Shown: piece after piece, positions 8,609 through 18,987 of the stretch | Layout of the letters: each line of letters begins with the position of its first letter | How positions within the stretch are numbered: the stretch's first letter is position 1 | Source of the DNA: Gemmatimonadota bacterium | GTDB lineage: Bacteria > Gemmatimonadota > Gemmatimonadetes > Gemmatimonadales > GWC2-71-9 | DNA: 64,000 nt | Reading direction: 5' to 3' | Assembly (NCBI GenBank): GCA_043744895.1 | Contig: JAYTTT010000112.1 | Coordinates: 3,381-67,380, forward strand | Notes under the pieces: generated by a model | What the model saw: the letters and a program-made list of their open reading frames with translations, nothing else | The model's database searches: none | What the model was told of the DNA's origin: nothing | Program-made: the position numbers and the translations under genes

Positions 8609-10480
8609 ATGGCTACCTCGGTACTCGAACACCGCGCTCCCGCGATGTCCCACACCTACTCCAAGACCGGGTTGTGGAGCTGGATCACGACGGTCGACCA
8701 CAAGCGGATCGGCATCTTGTACGGCGCCACCGCCTTCCTGTTCTTCCTCCTCGGGGGGGTCGAAGCCCTGATCATCCGGCTTCAGTTGATGGGTCCGAAC
8801 GGAACCTTGGTCGATCCGGACACCTACAACGCGCTGTTCACGATGCACGGCACCACGATGATCTTCTTGGGGGTCATGCCGCTGAGCGCCGCGTTCTTCA
8901 ACTTCTTCATCCCGATCCAGATTGGGGCCCGGGACGTAGCGTTTCCGCGGCTCAACGCCTTCAGCTACTGGGTCTTCCTGCTCGGCGGGATCTTCATCAA
9001 CGTCAGCTTCCTGGTGGGCGCCCCGCCGGATGGCGGTTGGTTCGGCTATGCCAACCTGACCAGCAGCCGGGTGATGGAAGCGACCGCCGCCGCGCCGGCC
9101 CCGGGGATGAACATCGACTTCTGGGTCATCGGTCTTCAGATCCTCGGCATAGCCTCGATCGCGGCGGCCCTCAATTTCTTCGTCACGATCATCAATCTCC
9201 GGGCCCCGGGCATGAAAATGCTCCGGATGCCGATGTTCGTCTGGATGAGTTTCGTCGTCCAGGTCCTGTTGTTGCTGGCCTTCCCGGTCATCACGGTGGC
9301 GCTGGTTTACCTGATGATGGACCGGAACTTCGGGTCGAGCTTCTTCATGCCTGACGGCGGCGGCGATCCGATCATGTGGCAACACCTGTTCTGGATCTTC
9401 GGCCATCCGGAGGTCTACATCCTGATTCTTCCGGCCTTCGGGATCGCCTCCGAAGTGCTGCCGGTGTTTTCGCGGAAGCCGCTGTTCGGTTACACGGCCA
9501 TGGTGTTCTCCGGGATCTTCATCGGCTTCGTCGGCTTCGGCGTGTGGAGCCACCACATGTTCGCGACCGGCATGGGCCCGTTTGCCGACACCTTCTTTTC
9601 GATGGCCACGATGGTGATCGCGATCCCGACTGGGGTCAAGATCTTCAACTGGATCGGCACCATGTGGGGCGGGTCGCTTCGCTATACCAGCGCGATGATG
9701 TTCTCGATCGCGATGGTGGCGCTGTTCATTGTTGGCGGGTTGTCCGGCGTGATGCATGCCTCGCCGCCGGCCGACCTCCAGCAGACCGACACCTACTTCA
9801 TCGTCGCCCACTTCCACTATGTCTTGTTCGGCGGCTCGATCTTCGGGCTGACCTCGGGCGCCTACTACTGGTGGCCCAAGATGTTCGGGCGCCTGCTCCA
9901 TGAGGGACTGGGCAAGGTCCATTTCTGGCTGATGTTCGTTGGCATGAATCTGACGTTCTTCCCGATGCATATCCTCGGGCTGAACGGAATGCCGCGCCGA
10001 GTGTACACCTATCCGGAAGGCCTCAACTTCGAGTTCTGGAACCAGATCGAGACGGTCGGCGCCTTCTTGATCGCGGCCGCCTTCCTGGTGTTTATCGTGA
10101 ACATCATCAAGACCTGGATCGGGCCCAAAGACGCTCCCGCCGACCCGTGGCACGGCGCCACCCTCGAGTGGTCGATTCCATCGCCTCCGCAAGAGTTCAA
10201 TTTTCCGAAACTTCCGGTGGTCGGAAGCTCGATGCCGCAGTGGGATGCTCGCCGGGCAGCGGGCGGACACTTGCCGGAACCGGCGCTGGTCAGCGGCGAC
10301 GACATTCCGATGCCGAATCCGTCGTATTGGCCCCTGATGGCCGCGATCGGTGTCGTGCTCGTCCTCGGGAGCCTGCTGTTTGTCCGGATTTGGCCCCATT
10401 GGTGGCAATTCATGATCGCCAGCACATTGTTCCTGTTCTTCAGCGTGTTCAAGTGGGCTTTCGAGCCGACCGGGCATTAA
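8609..10480 (+). CDS. coxA: Cytochrome c oxidase subunit I (A1-type)
   Basis: TVDHKRIGILY, TMHGTTM, WIFGHPEVYILILP, VWSHHMF, FIVAHFHYV, GMPRR. Confidence 0.97.
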   Translation: MATSVLEHRAPAMSHTYSKTGLWSWITTVDHKRIGILYGATAFLFFLLGGVEALIIRLQLMGPNGTLVDPDTYNALFTMHGTTMIFLGVMPLSAAFFNFFIPIQIGARDVAFPRLNAFSYWVFLLGGIFINVSFLVGAPPDGGWFGYANLTSSRVMEATAAAPAPGMNIDFWVIGLQILGIASIAAALNFFVTIINLRAPGMKMLRMPMFVWMSFVVQVLLLLAFPVITVALVYLMMDRNFGSSFFMPDGGGDPIMWQHLFWIFGHPEVYILILPAFGIASEVLPVFSRKPLFGYTAMVFSGIFIGFVGFGVWSHHMFATGMGPFADTFFSMATMVIAIPTGVKIFNWIGTMWGGSLRYTSAMMFSIAMVALFIVGGLSGVMHASPPADLQQTDTYFIVAHFHYVLFGGSIFGLTSGAYYWWPKMFGRLLHEGLGKVHFWLMFVGMNLTFFPMHILGLNGMPRRVYTYPEGLNFEFWNQIETVGAFLIAAAFLVFIVNIIKTWIGPKDAPADPWHGATLEWSIPSPPQEFNFPKLPVVGSSMPQWDARRAAGGHLPEPALVSGDDIPMPNPSYWPLMAAIGVVLVLGSLLFVRIWPHWWQFMIASTLFLFFSVFKWAFEPTGH

Positions 10481-10504
10481 CTAGGAAAACGGAGACTAGA
10501 AACC

Positions 10505-11164
10505 GTGGCCCACGCCGCAACTGCCGCCCACGCCCCCGGCGAAATCGACGAGCACCACTGGACCTCGACCGGGCTCAACAGCCGCAAGGTCGCGATCTGG
10601 GCCTTCATCGGCTCTGAGTGCCTGTTCTTCGCGTCGTTGATCTCGACCTACCTTGTCTACCGCGGGAAGAGCCTGGTCGGGCCGCTGCCGCACGAAGAAT
10701 CGCAGTGCATGCTGCATGGAAAGATGCAGGCCTGCGAGCCGATCTTTTCGATTCCGCTGGTGACCTTCGGCACCGCGGTGCTCTTGTTCAGCTCCTTCTT
10801 CGTGGTGCTGGCCCTCAACGGCGCCCAAAGGGGAAACCGCAAGCAGCTGCTCACCTGGCTTACCGCCACGGTCATCTGCGGGTTGTTCTTCATCGGGATG
10901 CAAGTCTACGAGTTCAGTCACTTCGCCGGCGAAGGTCTCGGATATAGCACCAATCTCTTTGCCTCGACCTTCTACACGCTGACCGGTTTTCACGGCGCTC
11001 ACGTCACCCTCGGCGTCATTTGGCTTTCGACGATGCTGATCCTGGCCGCTCGCGGCAAGGTGCCTCCCGAGAAGTCGCTCAATCTGGAGATGGCTGCGCT
11101 CTACTGGCATTTCGTCGACGTGGTCTGGATCGTGATCTTCCCCGTCGTCTACCTGATGCGCTAA
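10505..11164 (+). CDS. coxC: Cytochrome c oxidase subunit III (short form)
   Basis: WAFIGSECLFF, FYTLTGFHGAHV, LYWHFVDVVWIVIF. Confidence 0.95.
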   Translation: MAHAATAAHAPGEIDEHHWTSTGLNSRKVAIWAFIGSECLFFASLISTYLVYRGKSLVGPLPHEESQCMLHGKMQACEPIFSIPLVTFGTAVLLFSSFFVVLALNGAQRGNRKQLLTWLTATVICGLFFIGMQVYEFSHFAGEGLGYSTNLFASTFYTLTGFHGAHVTLGVIWLSTMLILAARGKVPPEKSLNLEMAALYWHFVDVVWIVIFPVVYLMR

Positions 11165-11180
11165 CCGGGAATTCAGCGAC

Positions 11181-11534
11181 ATGAACGCTCATGCGACAGA
11201 GGCACACGGTGCTGGGGATCATGCCCATCCGACCCCAGGGTTGTATCTCAAAGTAGCGTTGGTGCTGTTTGCACTGACGGCCCTTGAGGTGCTGGCCTAC
11301 GAAGTCAGCCACCGGCCGGCCTGGCCCATGTATGGCATCGTCGGGCCGATGGTGGTGCCGATTCTTTTGCTGCTCTCCGCTTTCAAGTTCGCCTTGGTGG
11401 CGATGTTTTACATGCACTTGAAGCAGGACTCCAAGCTGTTCACCAACCTGTTCGTCTGGCCGCTCGGACTGGCCGCTGGGATCGTCATGGCGCTCATTGT
11501 CATCAAGATTCTTTGGTTGAAGGCAAGCTACTAG
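11181..11534 (+). CDS. Cytochrome c oxidase subunit IV family protein
   Basis: YLKV...LFALTALEV, KFALVAMFYMHLK; operon position. Confidence 0.85.
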   Translation: MNAHATEAHGAGDHAHPTPGLYLKVALVLFALTALEVLAYEVSHRPAWPMYGIVGPMVVPILLLLSAFKFALVAMFYMHLKQDSKLFTNLFVWPLGLAAGIVMALIVIKILWLKASY

Positions 11535-11639
11535 CGCTCGATGACGTCGGGGCGGGCGCTCGCCCGCTCCGCCCCAGCCCGCCCGGCTCCGCCTCGCTTC
11601 CACCGTTTGACCCGACCGAATCAAGCCCGGAGTTGTCCG

Positions 11640-13021
11640 ATGCAACGATCCAAAGCGATGCTCCCAATAGTGGCCCTGGTCGCGTTGGCGGCTCAGAACG
11701 GGTCTGCCCAGGCGCCCCGGCCACTCAGCCAATGGGAGCGGACCGCCCGAGACCTGCTCAAGGAGTTGGTGGAGATCAACACCTCTGAGAGCGAGGGGAG
11801 CACGGCCAAGGCCGCGTACGCGATGGCCGCCAGACTCAAGGCGGCCGGGTTTCCCGACTCGGATGTCGTGGTAGTGGAACACGCCCCGCGAAAAGGCAAT
11901 CTGATCGCCCGGCTCCGGGGCCGATCGGGCGGGAAGAAGCCGATTCTCCTCCTGTCCCATATCGATGTGGTCGAGGCGAAGCCCGAGGACTGGACGTTGC
12001 CGCCGTTCAGCTTCATCGAAAAGGACGGCACCTTCTTCGGCCGTGGGGTGGCCGACAACAAGGATGAAGCCGCCATGGACCTGACCCTGATCATGCGAAT
12101 GAAGGCCGAGGGCCTCGTTCCCGATCGGGATATCATTGTCGCGCTGACTGCGGACGAGGAGGGCGGCCCCGCCAACGGGGTGGAGTGGCTGCTCCAGAAC
12201 CGGCGTCCACTGATCGATGCCGAATACGCGTTCAACGAGGGCGGCGGCGGCCGGGTCCGCGATGGCATCAAGCTGTCGAACGACGTCCAGGCCAGCGAGA
12301 AGAAGGTCGCGAGCTTCACTTTCGAGAGTACCAACCCCGGTGGTCACAGCTCAGTGCCGGTTAAGCTCTTGTCAAGCTCGGCGGGTTCGATTTCCCGGTC
12401 CGGCTCAACGAAATTACCAAGACCTACTTTGCCCGGTCGGCCTTGGTCACCGAGGGCCGGGTCTCGGCCGCCATGAAGGCGATCGCGACCAACCCGGCCG
12501 ATGCCGAGGCCGCCCGGATCTTGTCCGAGGACCCACGGTACAACTCGCAGTTGCGCACTACCTGCGTCGCGACGATGCTCGAGGGCGGGCACGCCCGCAC
12601 CGCGCTCCCGCAGCGTGCCCGGGCTCACGTCAATTGCCGGGTCCTTCCTGAGGAATCGCCCGATGACGTCCAGAGAACGTTGGAGCGCGTCATCGGCAAT
12701 CCGAAGGTGACCGTGACCCAGCTCGGGACCGCTCGGAACTCGCCGCCGTCACCGCTCACGGCGGATCTGATGACCCAGATCGAGCGGGTGTCCGGGCAGC
12801 TCTGGCCCGGGGTGCCGATCATTCCGACCATGAGCACCGGGGCCACCGACGGGGTCTACCTGCGGACCGCCGGGATTCCGACCTACGGCGTCTCAGGCCT
12901 CTTCTATACCGACCCCAACGCCCACGGGATGAACGAAAAGATCTCGGCCGAGGCGTTTTACCAGGGGCTCGAATTCATGTTTCGGCTGGTCAAGAGCATT
13001 ACCCGGCCGGGCGTGAGCTGA
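11640..13021 (+). pseudogene. Secreted M20/M25/M40 peptidase split by a frameshifting deletion at ~12365
   Basis: Frame 1: LSHIDVV, GRGVADNK, ADEEGG, NEGGGG, GGHSSVPVK. Continues in another frame as ALVKLGGFDFPVRLNEIT...LRTTCVATMLEGGHA..ALPQ...GATDG...AHGMNE. Confidence 0.75.
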
Positions 13022-13027
13022 TCGAGG

Positions 13028-14014
13028 GTGGGGATCATTGGATTGGTTGGCTGCCTGATGAGTCAGGCTGGGGTTCCGCTGATCATCGCGCACCGGGGCG
13101 CTAGCGGCTACCGGCCCGAGCATACCATCGAATCCTACCGCCTGGCCATCGAGCAGGGCGCCGACGTGATCGAGCCGGACCTGGTCATGACCAAGGACCG
13201 GATTCTGGTGGCCCGGCACGAGAACGAAATCGGCGCGACGACCGATGCGGCCGCGAAGTTCCCCGACCGGAAACGCACCAAAGTCATCGACGGCCAGTCG
13301 ACCACGGGGTGGTTTGCCGAAGACTTTACCCTGGCCGAACTGAAGCAGCTCCGGGCCCGCGAGCGGCTCGAGTTTCGGTCGCACCGATTCGACGGCCGGT
13401 TCGAGATCCCGACCTTCGAAGAAATTCTGGTTTTCGTTCGGCGGGAGGAGCGGCGACTCGGCCGGCGGATCGGGATCTACCCGGAGACCAAACATCCGAG
13501 CTACCACGAATCGTTAGGTCTCCCGATCACCGACTCCCTGCTATCGGTCTTGGCCCGGCACGGATACCGGGATCGATCGGAGCCGGTGTTCATCCAGTCG
13601 TTCGAGTCGGCCAACCTTCGAGCCGCCCGCCCCAAAACCAAGCTCCGGCTGGTTCGGCTGATCGAAGCCGCCGGGCCGCTGATCGAGCCGGCTGGATTAC
13701 GAGAGATCGCCGGCTTTGCGGACGGGATCGGCCCGTCGAAAGATCTGGTCCAGCCGATCGGGCCCGATGGCAGCCTGGGCCGGCCGACGTCGCTGGTGGC
13801 GGATGCCCACGCGGCCGGGCTCTTCGTTCATGTGTGGACTCTGCGGGCCGATCCTGCATTCCTGCCCAAGGGGTACGCCGGCGACCCCGCCGCCGAAGTG
13901 CGGCGGATGGTCGAACTCGGCGTGGATGGTTTCTTTACCGACTTTCCCGACCTGGCCCGGCGGGTGATTCTACCAGCTCAAGCCGCCCCCGGCCGGAGGC
14001 CAGGCTCCGAGTGA
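13028..14014 (+). CDS. glpQ: Glycerophosphodiester phosphodiesterase
   Basis: IIAHRGASGYRPEHT, IEPDLVMTKD..LVARHE, IYPETKHP, VFIQSFE, GVDGFFTDFPD. Confidence 0.9.
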   Translation: MGIIGLVGCLMSQAGVPLIIAHRGASGYRPEHTIESYRLAIEQGADVIEPDLVMTKDRILVARHENEIGATTDAAAKFPDRKRTKVIDGQSTTGWFAEDFTLAELKQLRARERLEFRSHRFDGRFEIPTFEEILVFVRREERRLGRRIGIYPETKHPSYHESLGLPITDSLLSVLARHGYRDRSEPVFIQSFESANLRAARPKTKLRLVRLIEAAGPLIEPAGLREIAGFADGIGPSKDLVQPIGPDGSLGRPTSLVADAHAAGLFVHVWTLRADPAFLPKGYAGDPAAEVRRMVELGVDGFFTDFPDLARRVILPAQAAPGRRPGSE

Positions 14015-14449
14015 CCGCCGAAGCAGGACAATCTGGCCGCAGTGGTAGCTGTTGTGGGTGACCAACTGCCAGAGGAGGCTCTCAACGGTGGCCCCGCTCT
14101 TCGGATCGATGATCCGGGTAAGCGTCGAGGCCCGAGCATCGGCCAGGGTGGTCATCTGGTCGAGGTTCGTCCGGAGGAGGGCGACCTCATGTTGCCAGGT
14201 GAGTTCATCGGCCGGACCATCGGCCTTGGGCCAACTGGCGTCGTCATGCTCGGGTAGCTTGGGCCGGGCCCCTTCGATTGCCTTGAGATCGAAATCGATC
14301 CAGTAGTTGATGTGGCCGAGTTCCTGCCACACGGTATGCGGGAGGTGGAGCACCCGCCCGCCGGCGAGTTCCCAGGCCAGGTCATCGACCGCGAGGATCG
14401 GGTCGACGTGGGAACCTTTGCCGTGGATCAGTTCCTGGAGCGCATTCAT
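13970..14449 (-). CDS. DinB/YfiT-family protein
   Basis: HTVWQELGHINYW...HNSYHCGQIVLLRR.LG. Confidence 0.8.
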   Translation of the reverse strand: MNALQELIHGKGSHVDPILAVDDLAWELAGGRVLHLPHTVWQELGHINYWIDFDLKAIEGARPKLPEHDDASWPKADGPADELTWQHEVALLRTNLDQMTTLADARASTLTRIIDPKSGATVESLLWQLVTHNSYHCGQIVLLRRSLGAWPPAGGGLSW

Positions 14450-14451
14450 GA

Positions 14452-15099
14452 CTACAAACTGTCAGCGGCGTCCGCTTCACGCCAGGTCGTGATCGCGCCG
14501 GCCACGGTCGTCTCGTAGCCGAACCGGGACCCGTCGCCAAACAATTGCCGAGCCGCGGCGATCTTGGCGTCGTCTTCGCCGGCTTCGAAGGGCTCGAGCC
14601 GGAACGGTTCGGGCGGGAGCGCCGCGTAGTCGGGGAACTGGTCTTGGATCGGGCAGGCGTTTTCGATCACGTCGTCGGACTCGACCACCATGCCGAGGCC
14701 CATCACTCGGCAGACGAAGGGCCGGTCTCGATAGATCGTACAGGCGCCTTGGTCGTCGAGGGCGGGGCAGGGCAGATCGGCCAGATCGTCGGTCAGCCGG
14801 TCGAACCGGGCTTCTCCAATGGCGGCGATGTCGTAGGGAGCGCGCCACGAGGGCTCCAGCCGTTTCATCCGCTCCAGTTGGGCCTCTGCGCGAGCCAGCA
14901 CACCGGCCCGGATGCCGGGCTCGAGCTGACGGACGGCCCCCGCGACCAGCTCGGCATCGGCCACCGAGATATCGAACGGCCCGAAGCAGCAGGCGGTGCA
15001 CCCGGAGCGGCAGGGAATCACTCCGGGATGGCGGGTGTGGGCGGTGGCCTGCCACTGATCGAGTTGCTCGAGGAGCGGAAGGTACCGCGGGGTGGTCAC
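14452..15099 (-). CDS. YkgJ-family cysteine-cluster protein
   Basis: CRSGCTACC, CPALD..GACTIYRDRPFVCR; GTG start overlapping the upstream TGA. Confidence 0.82.
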   Translation of the reverse strand: MTTPRYLPLLEQLDQWQATAHTRHPGVIPCRSGCTACCFGPFDISVADAELVAGAVRQLEPGIRAGVLARAEAQLERMKRLEPSWRAPYDIAAIGEARFDRLTDDLADLPCPALDDQGACTIYRDRPFVCRVMGLGMVVESDDVIENACPIQDQFPDYAALPPEPFRLEPFEAGEDDAKIAAARQLFGDGSRFGYETTVAGAITTWREADAADSL

Positions 15100-15482
15100 C
15101 CGGGGCTGTCCATGGTGGAGGCGCCCTCGACCATCACGAGGACCCACCCGGCGATCAGGGCCACACCCCCGATCGGAGTGATCGCGCCGAGCCACCGCTG
15201 GCCGGTGAGGACCAGGGCGTAAAGACTTCCCGAAAAGACCACGATGCCCAATCCGAAGGCCCGGGCGGCCCAGTGGAGGTGCCGGGCGGGGTGCCGGTCG
15301 ATCCAGGCTCCGACACCGAGGAGGGCGACGGCGTGGTACATCTGATAGCGGGCCCCGGTTTCGAAGGTGGCCAGATCGGCGGGAGAGAGGCGGGCGGCCA
15401 GGGCGTGGGCCCCGAAGGCGCCGAGCGCGACGCCTAACGCTCCGGCCAGACCGGCCATCGCGAGCACCGTCCGGGCGTTCAT
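15096..15482 (-). CDS. DUF423 (YgdD/TMEM256) membrane protein
   Basis: GAFGAH, FETGARYQMYHA, FSGSLY, LGAITPIGG. Confidence 0.9.
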   Translation of the reverse strand: MNARTVLAMAGLAGALGVALGAFGAHALAARLSPADLATFETGARYQMYHAVALLGVGAWIDRHPARHLHWAARAFGLGIVVFSGSLYALVLTGQRWLGAITPIGGVALIAGWVLVMVEGASTMDSPG

Positions 15483-16393
15483 TCGGTCTGGGCTCGTGGT
15501 GTGGGGACTTCGACGCCCATGCCCATGGCGTGGTAGCCGTTGTCGACGTACATCACGGTCCCGGTAATTCCCAGAGCCAACGGGCTGGCCAGGAAGGCCG
15601 CGGCGTGGCCGACATCGGTGGCCTCGAATTCTCGGGTCAGCGGACTGTGCTGCTTGGTGTAGCTGATCATCCGGCCGATCAGCCCGATCGCCGTGGCGGC
15701 CCGGGACGCGTAGGGTCCGGCGGAAATGGTGTTGACCCGGACCCCGAATCGGCGGCCGGCCTCGAACGCCAGGGTTCGGGTGTCGGACTCAAGCGCCGCC
15801 TTGGCCGAGGACATCCCGCCGCCATACCCGGGAATGACCCGCTCGCTCGCCATGTAGGTCAGTGAGAGGAATGATCCGTTGGGTCGCATCAGCGGGGCCA
15901 AATGCCGGACCAGCGAAATGTTGCTGTAGGCACTGACGCTGATCGCGGCCAGATAGCCCTGGCGGCTGGTGTCGAGCAGCGGCGACTTGACCTCGGGGCC
16001 GTTGGCCAGGCTGTGGACCACGATGTCGAGGCAGGCCGGTCCGAAATCGGTGGTGAATCGATCGGTCAGACCCCGAATCGAGAAGTCACCCCGCTCCTTG
16101 TAGCGTTTGTTTTCCCGGGTCTCGGCGGGCGCGTCATCGAGCACGTCGAAGGCGGCATCGAGCGGATAGATCCGCTCGAACGAAAGCTTCGACCCATCGG
16201 CCAGGACCATCGATTCGTCCATTTTGCCGCGATCGAGCATCTTCTCGAAGATCCCCATCGCGGGCGGCCAGGTCCCAACGCACACGGTGGCGCCCGCCTC
16301 GACTAGGGCCTTGGCGATGGCAAACCCGAAGCCGCCGTCGTCGGCTACTCCGGCAACCAACGCCCGTTTGCCACGAAGATCGATAGCGAGCAT
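15479..16393 (-). CDS. fabI: Enoyl-ACP reductase, plant/Chlamydia-like FabI
   Basis: IDLRGKRALVAGVADDGGFGFAIAK, VGTWPP, IYPLDA, VHSLANGPEV, YGGGMSSAKAALESDTRTLAFEAGR. Confidence 0.9.
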   Translation of the reverse strand: MLAIDLRGKRALVAGVADDGGFGFAIAKALVEAGATVCVGTWPPAMGIFEKMLDRGKMDESMVLADGSKLSFERIYPLDAAFDVLDDAPAETRENKRYKERGDFSIRGLTDRFTTDFGPACLDIVVHSLANGPEVKSPLLDTSRQGYLAAISVSAYSNISLVRHLAPLMRPNGSFLSLTYMASERVIPGYGGGMSSAKAALESDTRTLAFEAGRRFGVRVNTISAGPYASRAATAIGLIGRMISYTKQHSPLTREFEATDVGHAAAFLASPLALGITGTVMYVDNGYHAMGMGVEVPTPRAQTE

Positions 16394-16401
16394 GTCATCT
16401 C

Positions 16402-18987
16402 CTAAGTGTCGGCGCGGAGCACGGCCAGCGGCGGCCGCTTGAGGACCTCGGCGCTGCTCCACAATCCAACCAGCAACGTGAGTAGGACGAGCAGGGCGGT
16501 CAACCCGGTCAGGGAGCCGAGGGGAAGGTCATACCGGGCCTCGAACACCCACTTGGCGAGGGCCCACCCCGCGGCGGCCGACAGCACGATGGCGACGGTG
16601 GCCGCCAACAGGCCGAGGGCCACGTACTCGGCCACCAAGATCTGGAGGACCTGACGCCTGGTGGCGCCGAGGGTTTTGAGCAGGACGCCTTCGCGGAGCC
16701 GCTGGAGCCGGGCGGTGGTGACGGCCCCGATCAGTACGATCGTGCCGGCGGCCAGACTGAAGAGCGCCAGGAACCGCACCGCCAGCGCCGCCTTGGCCAG
16801 CACGCCCTCGATTGCCTCCTGGACCTGAGAGAGGTCGATGCCCGAAATGTTCGGATATTTTTCGGCGATCTGGCGCTGGACTTGGCCTCGGGCGGCGGCG
16901 CTGTCCACCCGGGTCAAGGTCACCAGCATCTGGGGGGCCTGTTCCAGCACTCCTGATTCGAAGACGATGAAGAAGTTGGTTTCGAACCGGCCCCAGTCGA
17001 TCTGGCGGAGGTTGGCGACCCGGCTCGGAATCTGGATTCCCTGAACATCCCAGACGATCTCGTCGCCGACGGTCACGCCGAGGTCGGCAGCGAGATCGGC
17101 GTCGACCGAAATTCGGGCCGGCCCGGTGCCGCGCGCGCCGGACCACCACGATCCGGACACCAGCTTCTCGCTGGCGGTCATCGTATCGCGATAGGTCGAC
17201 CGATATTCCCGGCGCACCGCCCACCCGCCCGCCCGCCGCTGGCGGGGACCTTGGGGCTCGCCCTCGGTGGTGTCGCGGCGGATGGTATCAGGGACGATCG
17301 CGACACCCTTGAGCGACGCGACCCGCATCGGGACGATCGGGACCGGGGCGCTGGCGGCGTAGCCGGCAGTCTTGAGCACGGCTTCGACGCCGGCGGCCTG
17401 GTCGCGCTGGATATCGAAAAACATCAGATTGGGCCGGCCGCCGCCGCTGGCGCCGCCGACCCGAAATTCCCTGAGCAAGTTGTGTTGCACCAAGAAGAGC
17501 GTGGCCAGGAGAAAGGCGCCGAAGCCTAACGCGAGCACCACGGTGCCGGTTTGGTTGGACGGCCGGTAGAGATTGGCCAGTCCCTGGCGGTACAGATACG
17601 GGAGCCGCCGCGGGAACCACCGCCGGAGGGCCGCGATCAAGCCCAACGACGCGAGCCAGAGCACCAAGACCACGAGCCCGACGCCGGCCGCGAAAATGGC
17701 TCCGTCGCGGAGGTTCTGGACCTGGACGGCCGACAGCCCGACCACGCTCGCGCCCAGGAGGCCGAACGCCGCCCAGGCCAGCGGGTCGGCGCGGCCGGGG
17801 GCCGCCTCGTAGGCACTGCGGAGGGTGACCAGGGGCGACACCCGCCGGACGCCGAGCAGGGGCAGCAACGCAAACACCAGCGCCACCCAGAGCCCGAGCC
17901 CGATCCCGACGATCAGGGCCTGGGGCGCCAGGGCGATCTGGACATCGACCGGGAGGAAATCCTTGACCAAGAGCGGCAAGATTCGCTGGACCCCGACTCC
18001 AAGCGCGGCCCCGACGACGCTGCCTAACGCTCCCATGGCGAGCGCCTGAGCCAGGTAGGCCAGGAACACCTGGCCCGAGGTGGCGCCGAGGCAGCGGAGG
18101 ACCGCGATGGTATCGAGCTTCTTTCGAATGAACAGATGGGTGGCGCTGGCGACCCCGAGGCCGCCCAACAGCAAGGCCACCAGGGCCACCAGACCGAGAT
18201 AGTTGCCGAGCCGGGTCAGGGAGTCGGTGAGGTTCTCCCGGTCGTCTTCGACGGTGCGAATGCCGTAACGGATCTGGCGGAGTGACAGCCGGCGGTCGTC
18301 GGCAATCGATTGGGCCTTGGCGGGGTTAGGGAGTTTGAGGAACAGCTCGTATTCGACCCGAGAGCCGAACTGGAGCAGGTTGGTGGCCGGGAGATCGGAC
18401 GCGGCGATGAACACCCGGGGGCCGATCGAGGTCGCGACCCCGATGTCGCCCGGAATATTGGTGACCGTCGCATCGATGACGAACCGGCCCTGGCCGAGAA
18501 TCAGAGTATCGCCGATCTCGGCTTTCAGGGCGGTGAGCAGCGCGGGATCGACCACGGCCCGGCCCCCGGCGGCGACCGACCCCCACCGCGCGGTGGGCGC
18601 CGTGACGATCCGGCCGTAATACGGGTAGCCCGGCTCGAGGGCTTTGACCTGCACCAGCCGAACCCCGGAGGTCCGCGCCACGTAGGCCATCCCGGCAAAG
18701 CTGGTGACTCGGGCCGCCGCCCCCGTGGCGGCCGAGTCACCCCGGATCAGGGTGTCGACCAGCCGCTCGATCCGGTCGGGAAATGGCTTCCGGCCCGAAA
18801 TGGCGATGTCGGCACCGAGCAGAGCCTTGGCCTGGGAACTGACCGAGGTCCGGAGGTTCTCGGTAAAGCCGTTGATCGCCACCAAGGCGGCAACCCCGGC
18901 CGCGACGGAACCGACCAAGAGGCTCAACCGGCGCCGCGAGGCCCGGGTTTCCCGCCACGCCAACTTGAAGACGAACTTGAGATTCAT
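16402..18987 (-). CDS. ABC transporter permease, YbbP/FtsX-like
   Basis: LAWRETRASRRRL, LLGAD, IAVLRCLGA, PNLMFFDIQ, LKTLGATRRQ; 861 aa with duplicated architecture. Confidence 0.88.
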   Translation of the reverse strand: MNLKFVFKLAWRETRASRRRLSLLVGSVAAGVAALVAINGFTENLRTSVSSQAKALLGADIAISGRKPFPDRIERLVDTLIRGDSAATGAAARVTSFAGMAYVARTSGVRLVQVKALEPGYPYYGRIVTAPTARWGSVAAGGRAVVDPALLTALKAEIGDTLILGQGRFVIDATVTNIPGDIGVATSIGPRVFIAASDLPATNLLQFGSRVEYELFLKLPNPAKAQSIADDRRLSLRQIRYGIRTVEDDRENLTDSLTRLGNYLGLVALVALLLGGLGVASATHLFIRKKLDTIAVLRCLGATSGQVFLAYLAQALAMGALGSVVGAALGVGVQRILPLLVKDFLPVDVQIALAPQALIVGIGLGLWVALVFALLPLLGVRRVSPLVTLRSAYEAAPGRADPLAWAAFGLLGASVVGLSAVQVQNLRDGAIFAAGVGLVVLVLWLASLGLIAALRRWFPRRLPYLYRQGLANLYRPSNQTGTVVLALGFGAFLLATLFLVQHNLLREFRVGGASGGGRPNLMFFDIQRDQAAGVEAVLKTAGYAASAPVPIVPMRVASLKGVAIVPDTIRRDTTEGEPQGPRQRRAGGWAVRREYRSTYRDTMTASEKLVSGSWWSGARGTGPARISVDADLAADLGVTVGDEIVWDVQGIQIPSRVANLRQIDWGRFETNFFIVFESGVLEQAPQMLVTLTRVDSAAARGQVQRQIAEKYPNISGIDLSQVQEAIEGVLAKAALAVRFLALFSLAAGTIVLIGAVTTARLQRLREGVLLKTLGATRRQVLQILVAEYVALGLLAATVAIVLSAAAGWALAKWVFEARYDLPLGSLTGLTALLVLLTLLVGLWSSAEVLKRPPLAVLRADT

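Noticed and set aside
8249..10477. 742-aa minus-strand ORF and other long antisense ORFs (e.g. 1791-3092, 20317-22455, 30340-31704, 51838-53496, 55444-56757)
   Set aside because: Shadow or alternative frames of well-supported genes, expected at high GC3; no family motifs
12355..12375. Programmed ribosomal frameshift in the M20 gene
   Set aside because: No slippery heptamer, and conserved residues are missing, which fits a deletion better
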